A stretch of DNA of 64,000 nt from Betaproteobacteria bacterium Ga0077527 (GCA_001464815.1 LNDW01000021.1:8920-72919); one strand, 5' to 3'; shown: positions 20,998 through 30,354, counted from the stretch's first letter. The notes: generated from the sequence alone by a model not told the origin. Numbers and translations are program-made.

Positions 20998-21965
20998 GAT
21001 TCGTGCCCCAGCGCGCCGCCGCAGCTCGAGCCCTGGCCGGCGGTGCAGCCATAACAATGGTCCTTGACGACGATCGGATTGCCGTCGAGATCGGCGCCGA
21101 TCAGCTCGCGCAAATGCGTGCCTGGCCTGCCCTTCCACTCCAGGGGCAGGCCGAGCATCTGGTTGAAGTCGCAGTCGTACACGTAGCCCTGCCAGTCCAC
21201 CGACAGCAGCGAGCGGCACATCACGGTATCCAGGTTTTCGGGACGATAGGCGCTTTTGAGCAACTGCATATAGGGATCGAACTGGCCTTTGCTGACCAGC
21301 GTGCTGCCAAAGCGCTGGATCGGCATGTTGGCCAGCACATAGAGCTGGTTGAAGACGATGCCGTGGGCTGCACCGAGGCGCTGCTTGTAGTCCTGCTCGA
21401 GTTTTTGCTGGGCGGGCGGCAGCACCGGGCCCTGCGGGTTGTAGACCAGGTTGAGCACCAGCCCGGAGCCGGGTTTGCCGTAGCCGAGTGCGTTGAGGGT
21501 TTGCAGCGCGCGGATGCTGGCCTTGAACACGCCGTCGCCACGCTGGCGGTCAACGTTGTCTTCAAGGTAACAGGGCAGCGAGGCGGTGATCTCGACCTGC
21601 TGGGCGGCGAGGAATCCGGCGAGCCCTTCCTGTCCGGGCTCAAAAAGGATGGTCAGGTTGCAGCGGTCGATCACGCGCACGCCCAGCCGCCGCGCCGATT
21701 GGACCAGCAGGCGGAAATGCGGATTGAGTTCCGGCGCGCCGCCGGTGAGGTCGAGGGTTTTGATGGCCGCGGCCTTGAGAAAGGCAACGACTTCAAAAAT
21801 GGTGTCGCGCGCCATCAGCTCGGTGCGCGTGGGGCCGGCGTTGACGTGGCAGTGCAGGCAGCTCTGGTTGCATTTGTAGCCGAGGTTGGCCTGCAGCGTG
21901 TCCGGCGCGCGGCGGCGTAGCGCCGGAAAGTCACTTTGTTCAAGCAGGGGCAGCGTCGCGCGCAT
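20994..21965 (-). CDS. arsS: ArsS-type radical SAM / Cys-rich (selenodomain-type) protein
   Basis: 323 aa. CNQSCLHC radical-SAM cluster motif. C-terminal CYGCTAGQGSSCGG, which is the Cys version of the Sec-containing tail I recall for this family (TIGR04167). Confidence 0.8.
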   Translation of the reverse strand: MRATLPLLEQSDFPALRRRAPDTLQANLGYKCNQSCLHCHVNAGPTRTELMARDTIFEVVAFLKAAAIKTLDLTGGAPELNPHFRLLVQSARRLGVRVIDRCNLTILFEPGQEGLAGFLAAQQVEITASLPCYLEDNVDRQRGDGVFKASIRALQTLNALGYGKPGSGLVLNLVYNPQGPVLPPAQQKLEQDYKQRLGAAHGIVFNQLYVLANMPIQRFGSTLVSKGQFDPYMQLLKSAYRPENLDTVMCRSLLSVDWQGYVYDCDFNQMLGLPLEWKGRPGTHLRELIGADLDGNPIVVKDHCYGCTAGQGSSCGGALGHES

Positions 21966-22286
21966 CAGTCGGGTCTCCGGGATGGCCTGTGGTATCGCTG
22001 GCCGGGAACTGGGTATTCAAATAAATAAGTCAGTCGAGTATGCCGCGCCAACCTTACAACGCTGGCGGGCTCGTTGGTGTATACCGATGATATTTCATAA
22101 GTAATTGATTTTGTTTATTTATTTTTGATGCTGATCGTGGCTTCGAGTCATGACTTGTCAGTCGTGCCGGCATCGCTGGCGCAGTGCCGCGGATTGCGCA
22201 AAACCGTTCGCCGGATTCAACCACACGCTGTTATGGAATGAGCAGTCTATAATGAAAAAAAACCGGTTCCGCCACGAGGAGACGAG

Positions 22287-22733
22287 ATGAAACCGTTCTG
22301 GATGCTGTTGCCGCTGCTGTCGATGCTGGCTGGACCTGTCAATGCCACCGACGGCATGATTGCCCTGAAAAGCCCGCACAACGTGAAGACCACGCTGGAC
22401 CGCTTCGAAGCCGCGGCGAAGGAGCGCGGGCTCAATGTGTTCTTGCGCGTTGACCACGCCGCCGGCGCGCTGAAGGTCGGCAAGACCCTGCGACCGACCG
22501 AGCTGCTGGTCTTCGGCAACCCCCAGGGCGGAACGCCGCTGATGGAATGCGCGCAGGGTGCCGGCATCGATCTGCCGCTGAAGGCGCTGGCCTGGCAGGA
22601 CGCGGCCGGACAGGTCTGGCTCGGGTACAACGATCCGGCTTATCTCGCGAAGCGTCACGCCGCCGCGGATTGTGCCGTGGTGCCCAGCCTGCAAAAGGCG
22701 CTGGCCGGCCTGGCCCAAGAGGCCGTGCGCTGA
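22287..22733 (+). CDS. DUF302 domain protein (periplasmic)
   Basis: 148 aa. Signal peptide MKPFWMLLPLLSMLAGPVNA. …LLVFGNPQGGTPLM…DLPLKALAWQD… is the DUF302 core. Confidence 0.8.
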   Translation: MKPFWMLLPLLSMLAGPVNATDGMIALKSPHNVKTTLDRFEAAAKERGLNVFLRVDHAAGALKVGKTLRPTELLVFGNPQGGTPLMECAQGAGIDLPLKALAWQDAAGQVWLGYNDPAYLAKRHAAADCAVVPSLQKALAGLAQEAVR

Positions 22734-23314
22734 TGGCACGGCCGCGTGAATTTGACGCTGATGCGGCACTTGGCAGCGCAATGCAGGCGTTCTGGGCCCG
22801 TGGTTACAGGGCGACCTCAATCGACGATCTGTGCGCGGCCACCGGGCTGAGCCGTTCCAGCCTGTACGCGGCCTACGGCGGCAAGCGCGCGCTGCTGCAC
22901 CTCGCGCTGGAGCGTTACGAGCAGGATGCGCTCAGGCGCATCCGCGCCGTGCTGGCGCAGCCGCTGCCGGTGCGCGAGGCCATCGCCGCGTTCATCGACG
23001 GCCAGATCGAGCGTATCGTCGCCGGCCCCGGGCGTGCCGGCTGCTTCATCGGCAACTGCGCCGCGGAATTGTCCGGCGACCGCGCCACCGCGGCGCGGGT
23101 GCGGCGCAGCCTTGCCAGCATCGAGGCGGCGTTCAGCGAGGGCCTCGCCCGTGCGCGGGTGAATGGCGAGATCGCCGCCGACGCGGACATCGCATCACTG
23201 GCACGGTTTCTGGTGTCCGGTATCCAGGGGCTGCGGCTGGTGGGCAAGGCCAATCCCGACCGTGTAGTGCTGGGCGACATTGCCTCTGTAATGCTGCGCT
23301 GTCTCGACCGCTGA
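22733..23314 (+). CDS. TetR/AcrR family transcriptional regulator
   Basis: Start MARPREFDADAAL…; HTH …GYRATSIDDLCAATGLSRSSLYAAYGGKRAL; TGATG overlap with the DUF302 gene. Confidence 0.88.
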   Translation: MARPREFDADAALGSAMQAFWARGYRATSIDDLCAATGLSRSSLYAAYGGKRALLHLALERYEQDALRRIRAVLAQPLPVREAIAAFIDGQIERIVAGPGRAGCFIGNCAAELSGDRATAARVRRSLASIEAAFSEGLARARVNGEIAADADIASLARFLVSGIQGLRLVGKANPDRVVLGDIASVMLRCLDR

Positions 23315-23347
23315 GACTGCAACCGATCCATGACAACAGGAGGACTC

Positions 23348-23959
23348 ATGCAAAACCGAAAACCCGATCCGCGGCTCGCACCGTTGCCGCAGGAAACCAC
23401 GCCTGAGCTCGCCGGCGCTTTTCAGACCTATGTGCGCGTGCTTGGTTTTGTGCCGAACAGCGTGCTGATCATGCAGCGCAAGCCGAAGCTGGTGCAGGCC
23501 CTGTCACAACTCGCCGCCGCGACCTGGGATCCGCAGAGCGAGGTGCCGATCGCGTTCAAGCGCATGCTCGCCCATGTCGCGAGCCGCGCCCACGGCTGCC
23601 ATTACTGAATGGCGCACACGGCCGGGGCGGCGCTCGGGCTGGGTTATGACGATAAAAAGCTGGAAGCGGTATGGGAGTTCCGCAGTAATCCGTTGTTCAC
23701 GGACGCGGAGCGCGCGGCGCTGGAAGTGGCCATCGCGGCGGCGGCGCAGCCAAACGCGGTGACCGACGAGATGTTCGCTGAACTGAAAAAGCACTGGAGC
23801 GAAGGCCAGATTGTCGAGATCGTCGGCGTGGTTTCGATGTTCGGCTTCATGAACCGCTGGAACGACACGATGGCGACGCCACTGGAGGAGGAGCCGGTCC
23901 ACGTCGGCGAGAAGCATCTCGCAAAAAGCGGTTGGAACGTGGGCAAGCACCAGCGTTGA
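23348..23959 (+). CDS. AhpD/carboxymuconolactone-decarboxylase-like peroxidase-related protein, candidate selenoprotein (in-frame TGA at 23606-23608)
   Basis: AGGAGG RBS 5 nt before ATG 23348. ORFs 23330..23608 and 23609..23959 are contiguous in one frame. Read-through gives …ASRAHGCHY-U-MAHTAG…, which puts the TGA at the second Cys of the AhpD-type CxxC motif. Confidence 0.6.
23620..23640 (+). promoter_or_regulatory. Possible SECIS-like hairpin (weak) for TGA 23606
   Basis: Begins 11 nt after the TGA. GGCCGGG/CUCGG(G)CU forms a ~7-bp stem with one bulge and G:U pairs, loop GCGGCG. Imperfect. Confidence 0.3.
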
Positions 23960-23980
23960 AACCCCAAGAAAGGATTGAAC

Positions 23981-25198
23981 ATGGCCCGATTGTCTGATTT
24001 TTCGGAAGCTGAAAAAAAACACCACCTCGACAAGATCCTCGATTTTCCGGATTTCGGCGAGACGCCCATTGCGGAAGGTCCGGCGCTGGCGCAGCGCCGG
24101 GTGGCGATTATCACCACCGCCGGCCTGCATCTGCGTAATGACCGGCCGTTTGACGGCGGCGCCGCCGATTACCGGGTGATTCCCGGCGATGCGCCGGCCG
24201 CGGACCTGGTGATGAGCCATGTCTCGGTGAACTTCGACCGCACCGGTTTCCAGGAAGACCTCAATGTGGTGTTTCCGCTGGACCGCCTGCGCGAGCTGGC
24301 GGACGAAGGCATGGTTGGCGCCGTGGCTGACATCCATTACTCGTTCATGGGGGCGACGCAGATGCGCGCGCTGGAGGCCAAGGCGCGTGAACTGGCCGGG
24401 CTGCTGAAAAAAGACCGTGTCGATGCGGTGCTGCTCAGTCCGGTCTGACCGAACTGCACGTGCGCCGTGGGCGCACTCGGTCATTACCTGGAACGCGAAG
24501 GCATTCCCACCGCGCAGATCAGCCTGATCCGCGAACAAACCGCGGCGATTCGGCCGCCACGCGCGCTGTGGGTGCCGTTCATGCTGGGCCGCCCCTTTGG
24601 CGTGCCGGGTGATGCCGCTTTCCAGCGCCGCGTGCTGGTGGCGCTGTTGTCGCTGTTCGAACGCAAAGCGGGTCCGCTGCTCGAGGATTACGCTGAAGAC
24701 GCGCCCGCGGAATCGCTGGACGCCGGCGGCTTTGCCTGCCCGGTGAGTTTTGCCGGCAGTGCCGCGGCGGATCGCGGGCTGGCCGAAGCGCTGAGGGATG
24801 AGGTGAGGCAGCTCGCGTCGTGGCACGGACTGGCTTTGCGCCGGCGTGGCCGCAGTACGGTCGGCGTGTTCGGCCCCACGGTGGATGCCGCCGTGGAGCA
24901 TGTGGTTTCATTTCTTGATCAGCATCCGCAGACGCCGCCGGTTGAGGGCATGACCGCTGGCACCGCGATCAAACGCGCCTGCGACGATCTCAGGGCCTAT
25001 TACTTCGAGGCGGCCGCGGCGCAGCCGGGAAATCTGTCTTCGGCGGCAATCGATCGCTGGTTCTGGAGCGACACCGCCGCTGCGCGAGCGTTGTTTGCGA
25101 TTCGCGATATCTGCCTGGGCAGCAGCGATCCTTCGCTCAGGCCGCTGGGCAAGCTCAGCCTGATTCCGCGAGCGGTGGCGGAGGGCCGGCCACGCTAA
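23981..25198 (+). CDS. Glycine/sarcosine/betaine/D-proline reductase selenoprotein-B (GrdB/PrdB) family homologue, candidate selenoprotein (in-frame TGA at 24446-24448)
   Basis: ORFs 23975..24448 and 24467..25198 share a frame. Read-through gives …VDAVLLSPV-U-PNCTCAVGALGHYLEREGIPTAQISLI…, which parallels the GrdB motif …TST-U-GTCTRCGA…ERAGIP… as I recall it. Confidence 0.72.
24460..24476 (+). promoter_or_regulatory. SECIS-like stem-loop for TGA 24446
   Basis: 17-nt hairpin GUGCGC-CGUGG-GCGCAC (perfect 6-bp stem, GU in the loop) starting exactly 11 nt after the UGA. This is the geometry of the minimal E. coli fdhF SECIS. Confidence 0.6.
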
Positions 25199-25308
25199 AT
25201 CTGCAGCCTGAATCAGCGGGCGCGCCGTGCCGGCTCCGGCGCGCCTGACATTGACCGCAAGCCCCTGATTGCGTTACATTTCTGCTCCTTTTCGCGGGGT
25301 TCACCGGC

Positions 25309-25545
25309 ATGTCCAAAACAAGTAAAAACGCCGCCGAGCCCAGCTTCGAATCCGCGCTGGCCGAGCTCGAAAAAATTGTCGAGGCGATGGAAGAGGGGCA
25401 GATGCCGCTCGAGCAGTCGCTGACGGCATACAAACGCGGCGCCGAGCTGCTCAAGTTCTGCCAGGCACAGCTGCAGGATGCCCAGCAGCAGGTGAAGATC
25501 CTCGAAAACGGCGTGCTGAAGAATTTCAGTGCGACCGAGCAGTAA
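25309..25545 (+). CDS. xseB: Exodeoxyribonuclease VII small subunit
   Basis: 78 aa. …SFESALAELEKIVEAMEEGQMPLEQSLTAYKRGAELLKFCQ… is typical XseB. It is followed by ispA-dxs. Confidence 0.92.
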   Translation: MSKTSKNAAEPSFESALAELEKIVEAMEEGQMPLEQSLTAYKRGAELLKFCQAQLQDAQQQVKILENGVLKNFSATEQ

Positions 25546-25583
25546 TCGGGCGGTCAGTTTCCCCCTCGCAAACCTCCCCCATC

Positions 25584-26480
25584 GTGACCGCTGCCGATTT
25601 TCAGTCCTGGGCTGCCGCCGGGCAGGCCCTCATCGAAGCGTTTTTGCAAAAGGTGCTGCCTGCGCCGGAGATCGCGCCGCAGCGCCTGCACGCCGCCATG
25701 CGTTACGCCGCGCTCGGCGCCGGCAAGCGGGTGCGCCCGCTGCTCGCCTATGCCGCGGGTGAGGTGTCGCAGGCGGATCCCGAGCGTGTCACCGCCGCCG
25801 GTGCCGCAGTCGAACTGATCCACGCCTATTCGCTGGTGCACGACGATCTGCCGTGTATGGATGACGACGTGCTGCGCCGGGGCAAACCGACCTGCCACGT
25901 TGAATTCGACGAAGCCACCGCGCTGCTGGTCGGTGATGCGCTGCAAAGCCTTGCCTTCCAGCTGGTGGGTGAATACCGCCTGGCCGATGAGGCATCGGCG
26001 CAGCTCGAGATGGTGAAGCTGCTCGCGGCTGCCTCCGGATCGCGCGGCATGGCCGGCGGCCAGGCGATTGATCTGGCCGCTGTGGGCAAGACACTGTCGG
26101 TGCCGGAACTCGAATTCATGCACATCCACAAGACCGGCGCGCTGATCCGTGCCGCGGCCGTGCTCGGTGCGCGCTGCGGCAGCGGTTTGAGTGAAGCCGA
26201 GTTCGCACGGGTCGATACCTATGCCAAGGCGGTGGGTCTTGCCTTCCAGGTGGTGGATGACGTGCTCGATGCCGATGCACCCTCGGCGACGCTGGGCAAG
26301 ACCGCGGGCAAGGATGCCGCGCAGGGCAAACCCACCTATGTCAGCGCGATGGGTATTGTGCAGGCGAGGGCGCTGGCGGAGCAGTTGCGCGGCGAAGCCC
26401 ATGCCGCCATTGCGCCTTTTGGCGCGCGCGGCGCGCGGCTGGCGCAGCTCGCCGATTTCATCGTGCTGCGCAAGTTCTGA
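25584..26480 (+). CDS. ispA: (2E,6E)-farnesyl diphosphate synthase
   Basis: GTG start. First DDxxD (HDDLPCMDDD…RRGKPT) and second DD motif (FQVVDDVLD). Confidence 0.9.
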   Translation: MTAADFQSWAAAGQALIEAFLQKVLPAPEIAPQRLHAAMRYAALGAGKRVRPLLAYAAGEVSQADPERVTAAGAAVELIHAYSLVHDDLPCMDDDVLRRGKPTCHVEFDEATALLVGDALQSLAFQLVGEYRLADEASAQLEMVKLLAAASGSRGMAGGQAIDLAAVGKTLSVPELEFMHIHKTGALIRAAAVLGARCGSGLSEAEFARVDTYAKAVGLAFQVVDDVLDADAPSATLGKTAGKDAAQGKPTYVSAMGIVQARALAEQLRGEAHAAIAPFGARGARLAQLADFIVLRKF

Positions 26481-26583
26481 GAGAATGGGGCAATGACGCA
26501 GGTAATTGGGCAATGAAGCCGGTGATGAGACGGCAATGAGCGGCACACTGACCATTGATGGCGCTGGTGAACCGGAGCGGCCG

Positions 26584-28458
26584 ATGTATGAATTGCTGAA
26601 ATCGATCGAATCGCCGGCGGACATGCGCCTGCTTGAGCGCAGCCAACTGCCGCGGCTTGCCGACGAGTTGCGCCAGTATCTGGTCGAGTCGGTGAGCCAG
26701 ACCGGCGGCCATCTGTCATCCAATCTCGGCACGGTGGAACTCACCATCGCGCTGCACTACGTCTTTGATACGCCGCATGACCGCCTGGTGTGGGATGTCG
26801 GCCACCAGACCTACGGCCACAAGATTCTCACCGGCCGCCGCGAGGGCATGAGGAACCTGCGCATGTGGCAGGGCCTGTCGGGTTTTCCGCAGCGTGGCGA
26901 ATCCGAATACGACACCTTCGGCACCGCGCATTCCAGCACTTCGATCAGCGCCGCGCTGGGCATGGCGGTGGCGGCGAAGCTGAAAGGTGAACCGCGCCGC
27001 GCGGTGGCGATCATTGGCGACGGTGCGATGACCGCGGGCATGGCCTTCGAGGCGATGAACAACGCCGGCGACATGGATGTCAACCTGCTGGTGATCCTCA
27101 ACGACAACGACATGTCGATTTCGCCGCCGGTGGGCGCGCTGAACAAATACTTTGCCAAGCTGATGTCCGGACGCTTTTACGCTGCGGCCAAAGACCTCGG
27201 CACCAAGGTGCTCGGTGACTTGGCGCGCCGCGCCGAAGAACACGTCAAGGGCATGGTTACGCCGGGCACGATGTTCGAGGAGTTCGGTTTCAACTACATC
27301 GGACCGATCGACGGCCACGACCTCGATGCGCTGCTGCCGACCCTGCACAACATCAAACGCCTCAAGGGCCCGCAGTTCCTGCACGTGGTCACGCGCAAGG
27401 GCCAGGGTTACAAACTGGCCGAGGCCGATCCGATCCTGTACCACGGCGTGTCGAAGTTCGACCACAAGGCCGGCATTTCAACGGGAAAAGCGGGCGCCAA
27501 ATCCGGCAGCAAACCGACTTATACCCAGGTCTTCGGTGAATGGCTCTGCGACATGGCTGAGCGCGATCCGCGGCTGGTGGCGATCACGCCGGCGATGCGC
27601 GAAGGTTCGGGCATGGTCAAGTTCGCGCAGCAGTATCCGAAGCGTTATTTCGACGTGGGTATTGCGGAACAACACGCGGTGACCTTTGCCGCGGGTATCG
27701 CCTGCGAGGGCTACAAGCCGGTGGTGGCGATCTATTCCACCTTCCTGCAGCGCGGTTACGACCAGCTGATTCACGACGTGCAGATCCAGAACCTGCCGGT
27801 GGTGTTTGCGCTGGATCGCGGTGGTCTGGTCGGCGCTGACGGCGCCACGCACAACGGCAGTTTCGATCTTTCCTATCTGCGCTGCCTGCCGAACATGACG
27901 GTGATGGCACCGGCCGACGAGAACGAATGCCGGCAGATGTTCCATACCGCTTTCCAGATGAATTCGCCGGTCGCGGTGCGTTATCCCCGCGGCACCGGCC
28001 CCGGCGTGCCGGTGCAGAAGGAAATGACCGCGCTGCCGGTGGGCAAGGGTGAAGTGCGCCGCCGCGGCAACGGGTTGGTGGCGATCCTGTCCTTTGGTTC
28101 GATGCTGGCACCGGCGCTGGCGATTGCCGATGAATTCGATGCCACCGTTGCCAACATGCGCTTCGTGAAGCCGCTGGACGAAGATCTGGTGCGCGACCTT
28201 GCGCTGACACACTCGCTGCTGGTCACCGTCGAGGAGAATGTGGTGATGGGTGGCGCCGGCAGTGCGGTGATGGAGTCGCTGGAGCGCCAGGGCTGCACGG
28301 TGCAGGTGCTGCAGCTGGGCCTGCCCGACCGTTTCATCGAGCAGGGTGACCCGGCGGTGCAGCTCGCCAGTGTCGGACTCGATGCCGAGGGCATCGCCCA
28401 GTCGATCCGCAAGCGCCTCGCGGCAATGGCGGCCGGCAAGGTTGCGCAGCGGAGCTGA
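26584..28458 (+). CDS. dxs: 1-deoxy-D-xylulose-5-phosphate synthase
   Basis: Start [17 protein letters not shown]…. [13 protein letters not shown]…[15 protein letters not shown] and the TPP motif [18 protein letters not shown]. Confidence 0.93.
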   Translation: MYELLKSIESPADMRLLERSQLPRLADELRQYLVESVSQTGGHLSSNLGTVELTIALHYVFDTPHDRLVWDVGHQTYGHKILTGRREGMRNLRMWQGLSGFPQRGESEYDTFGTAHSSTSISAALGMAVAAKLKGEPRRAVAIIGDGAMTAGMAFEAMNNAGDMDVNLLVILNDNDMSISPPVGALNKYFAKLMSGRFYAAAKDLGTKVLGDLARRAEEHVKGMVTPGTMFEEFGFNYIGPIDGHDLDALLPTLHNIKRLKGPQFLHVVTRKGQGYKLAEADPILYHGVSKFDHKAGISTGKAGAKSGSKPTYTQVFGEWLCDMAERDPRLVAITPAMREGSGMVKFAQQYPKRYFDVGIAEQHAVTFAAGIACEGYKPVVAIYSTFLQRGYDQLIHDVQIQNLPVVFALDRGGLVGADGATHNGSFDLSYLRCLPNMTVMAPADENECRQMFHTAFQMNSPVAVRYPRGTGPGVPVQKEMTALPVGKGEVRRRGNGLVAILSFGSMLAPALAIADEFDATVANMRFVKPLDEDLVRDLALTHSLLVTVEENVVMGGAGSAVMESLERQGCTVQVLQLGLPDRFIEQGDPAVQLASVGLDAEGIAQSIRKRLAAMAAGKVAQRS

Positions 28459-28460
28459 TC

Positions 28461-29072
28461 ATGTCCAAGGAAAACCTGAAGGACGGCTACGCCAAGATCG
28501 ACCAGTACAACCCGAAGACCATCCGCAGCATCGCCAAGAAATACACCAGCATCCTTGAGGACATCGGCGAAGACCCCAACCGAGAAGGCCTGGTCAAAAC
28601 GCCCGAGCGCGTGGCCAAGGCGCTGCAGTTCCTGACCCACGGCTACGACCTCGACCCCGCGGAAATCCTCAAGTCCGCGATGTTCACCGAGGACTACCAG
28701 CAGATGGTGATCGTGCGCGACATCGAGGTGTATTCGCTGTGCGAGCACCACATGCTTCCGTTCTTCGGCAAGGCGCATGTCGCCTATATTCCGAAGGGCC
28801 GTATCGTCGGCTTGTCGAAGCTGCCCAGAGTGGTCGATGCGTTTGCGCGCCGGCTGCAGGTGCAGGAGCGCCTCACTGTGCAGATCCGCGACTGCATCCA
28901 GGACACGCTGCAGCCCGCGGGTGTCGCGGTGGTGATCGAGGCGCAGCACATGTGCATGATCATGCGCGGCATCCAGAAGCAGCATTCGGTGGCGACGTCC
29001 TCCGCCTTTACCGGCGAGTTCAACAAGGACGTCACCCGCTCCGAATTCCTGCGCCTGATCGCTGCCAAATAA
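28461..29072 (+). CDS. folE: GTP cyclohydrolase I (FolE type 1)
   Basis: 203 aa. …[12 protein letters not shown]…[21 protein letters not shown]…QVQERLT…. Confidence 0.93.
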   Translation: MSKENLKDGYAKIDQYNPKTIRSIAKKYTSILEDIGEDPNREGLVKTPERVAKALQFLTHGYDLDPAEILKSAMFTEDYQQMVIVRDIEVYSLCEHHMLPFFGKAHVAYIPKGRIVGLSKLPRVVDAFARRLQVQERLTVQIRDCIQDTLQPAGVAVVIEAQHMCMIMRGIQKQHSVATSSAFTGEFNKDVTRSEFLRLIAAK

Positions 29073-29106
29073 TATTAATCAAAACAAATACTTGCGTAAT
29101 AATCCC

Positions 29107-30354
29107 ATGAGCGCCGACGCCCGGATCAGCGATTACATCACCGGGAAGGTGCTGCCCGCGGTGCGTCGTGGCGAGATGGTGATTCTGGTCGACAGCGAGG
29201 AGCGCGAGAACGAGGGCGACCTCTATGTCGCCGCCGAACGCGCCACACCCGAGGCGATCAACTTCATGGCCGCCGAGGCGCGCGGCCTGGTGTCGCTGGC
29301 GCTGAGTGAAGACCGGCTGCGCACGCTGGGGCTGTCATTGATTACGGACGACACCGGCAACCAGACCAAATTCGGCACCGCCTTCGCCACGCCGATCGAT
29401 GCGCGCGAGGGTGTGGGTTCGGGCATGTCAGCAGCAGACCGTGCGCGAACCATCGCGGTGGCGATTGCCGACAACGCCAAACCCACCGACCTGATCCGCC
29501 CCGGCCGCCTGCAGACCCTGCGTGCGGTGGATGGCGGTGTGTTGTCGCGGCGCGGTCACACCGAAGCCGCGGTGGACCTCGCGCGGCTCGCCGGCCTCAA
29601 ACCCGCCGGCGTGATCTGCGAGATCATGAATCCCGACGGCAGTATGGCGCGTATGGCCGAGCTGGAAGCCTTTGCGCAAAAGCACAACATCCTGATCCTG
29701 AAGATCAACGACCTCGCCAAACACCGCGAGCGCGAGCGCGACATCCGGCGCAAGGCCGAGACCGTACTGCCGACCAGCAAGGCCGGCGAGTTCAGGATGA
29801 TCGTCTATGCCGATAACCTTGAAACCCAGCTCTTCGTGGCGCTGGTCAAAGGTGAAGTGAACGACGGTGAGCCGGTGCTGGTGCGCCTGCATTCGCAGTG
29901 CCTGACCGGTGACGTTTTCGGCTCCGAGCGCTGCGACTGTGGTGAACAGCTCGATGCTGCACTGACCAAAATCGAAGAAGCCGGCCGCGGCGTGCTGGTC
30001 TACATGTTCGACGAAGGCCGCGGCATCGGCCTGCTCAACAAGATCCGCGCCTACGCGCTGCAGGACCAGGGCCACGACACCGTCGAAGCCAACCACGCGC
30101 TGGGTTTTGCCGCCGACATGCGCGACTACAGCGCCGGCGCACACATCCTCTCAGACCTTGGTGCCCGCCACGTGCTTCTGATGACCAACAATCCCGACAA
30201 GGTCGCGGCGCTCGCCGACTACGGCCTTGAAGTGGTGGAGCGTGTCGCGGTGGAAGTGCCGCCGCGCAAGGCCAACGAAAACTACCTTGCTACCAAGCGC
30301 AGCAAGTTTGGACACCTGCTGTCGATGGTGGGTGGGGCGCCGGAGAAAAAGTAG
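29107..30354 (+). CDS. ribBA: Bifunctional 3,4-dihydroxy-2-butanone-4-phosphate synthase / GTP cyclohydrolase II
   Basis: N-terminal domain …[11 protein letters not shown]…. C-terminal domain …[23 protein letters not shown]…. Confidence 0.9.
   Translation: MSADARISDYITGKVLPAVRRGEMVILVDSEERENEGDLYVAAERATPEAINFMAAEARGLVSLALSEDRLRTLGLSLITDDTGNQTKFGTAFATPIDAREGVGSGMSAADRARTIAVAIADNAKPTDLIRPGRLQTLRAVDGGVLSRRGHTEAAVDLARLAGLKPAGVICEIMNPDGSMARMAELEAFAQKHNILILKINDLAKHRERERDIRRKAETVLPTSKAGEFRMIVYADNLETQLFVALVKGEVNDGEPVLVRLHSQCLTGDVFGSERCDCGEQLDAALTKIEEAGRGVLVYMFDEGRGIGLLNKIRAYALQDQGHDTVEANHALGFAADMRDYSAGAHILSDLGARHVLLMTNNPDKVAALADYGLEVVERVAVEVPPRKANENYLATKRSKFGHLLSMVGGAPEKK

Noticed and set aside
23606-24448. 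The two in-frame TGAs interpreted as inactivating mutations (pseudogenes).
   Set aside because: Both stops fall exactly on the redox-motif Cys/Sec codon of their families, the downstream frames remain fully open, and one has a hairpin with SECIS-like geometry. Pseudogenisation cannot be excluded without the sel gene inventory, so confidence is kept moderate.
23504-24901. 465-aa minus-strand ORF spanning both candidate selenoprotein genes, which could argue the plus-strand genes are not real.
   Set aside because: Its translation is Arg/His/Gln-rich with no domain resemblance. The plus-strand frames have recognisable AhpD-like and GrdB-like sequence on both sides of each TGA.
29073-29106. Looked for an FMN riboswitch upstream of ribBA, and for other riboswitch-like leaders near folE, dxs and cobA.
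   Set aside because: Only 34 nt of AT-rich spacer precede ribBA, and the other junctions are equally short. There is no room for an aptamer.
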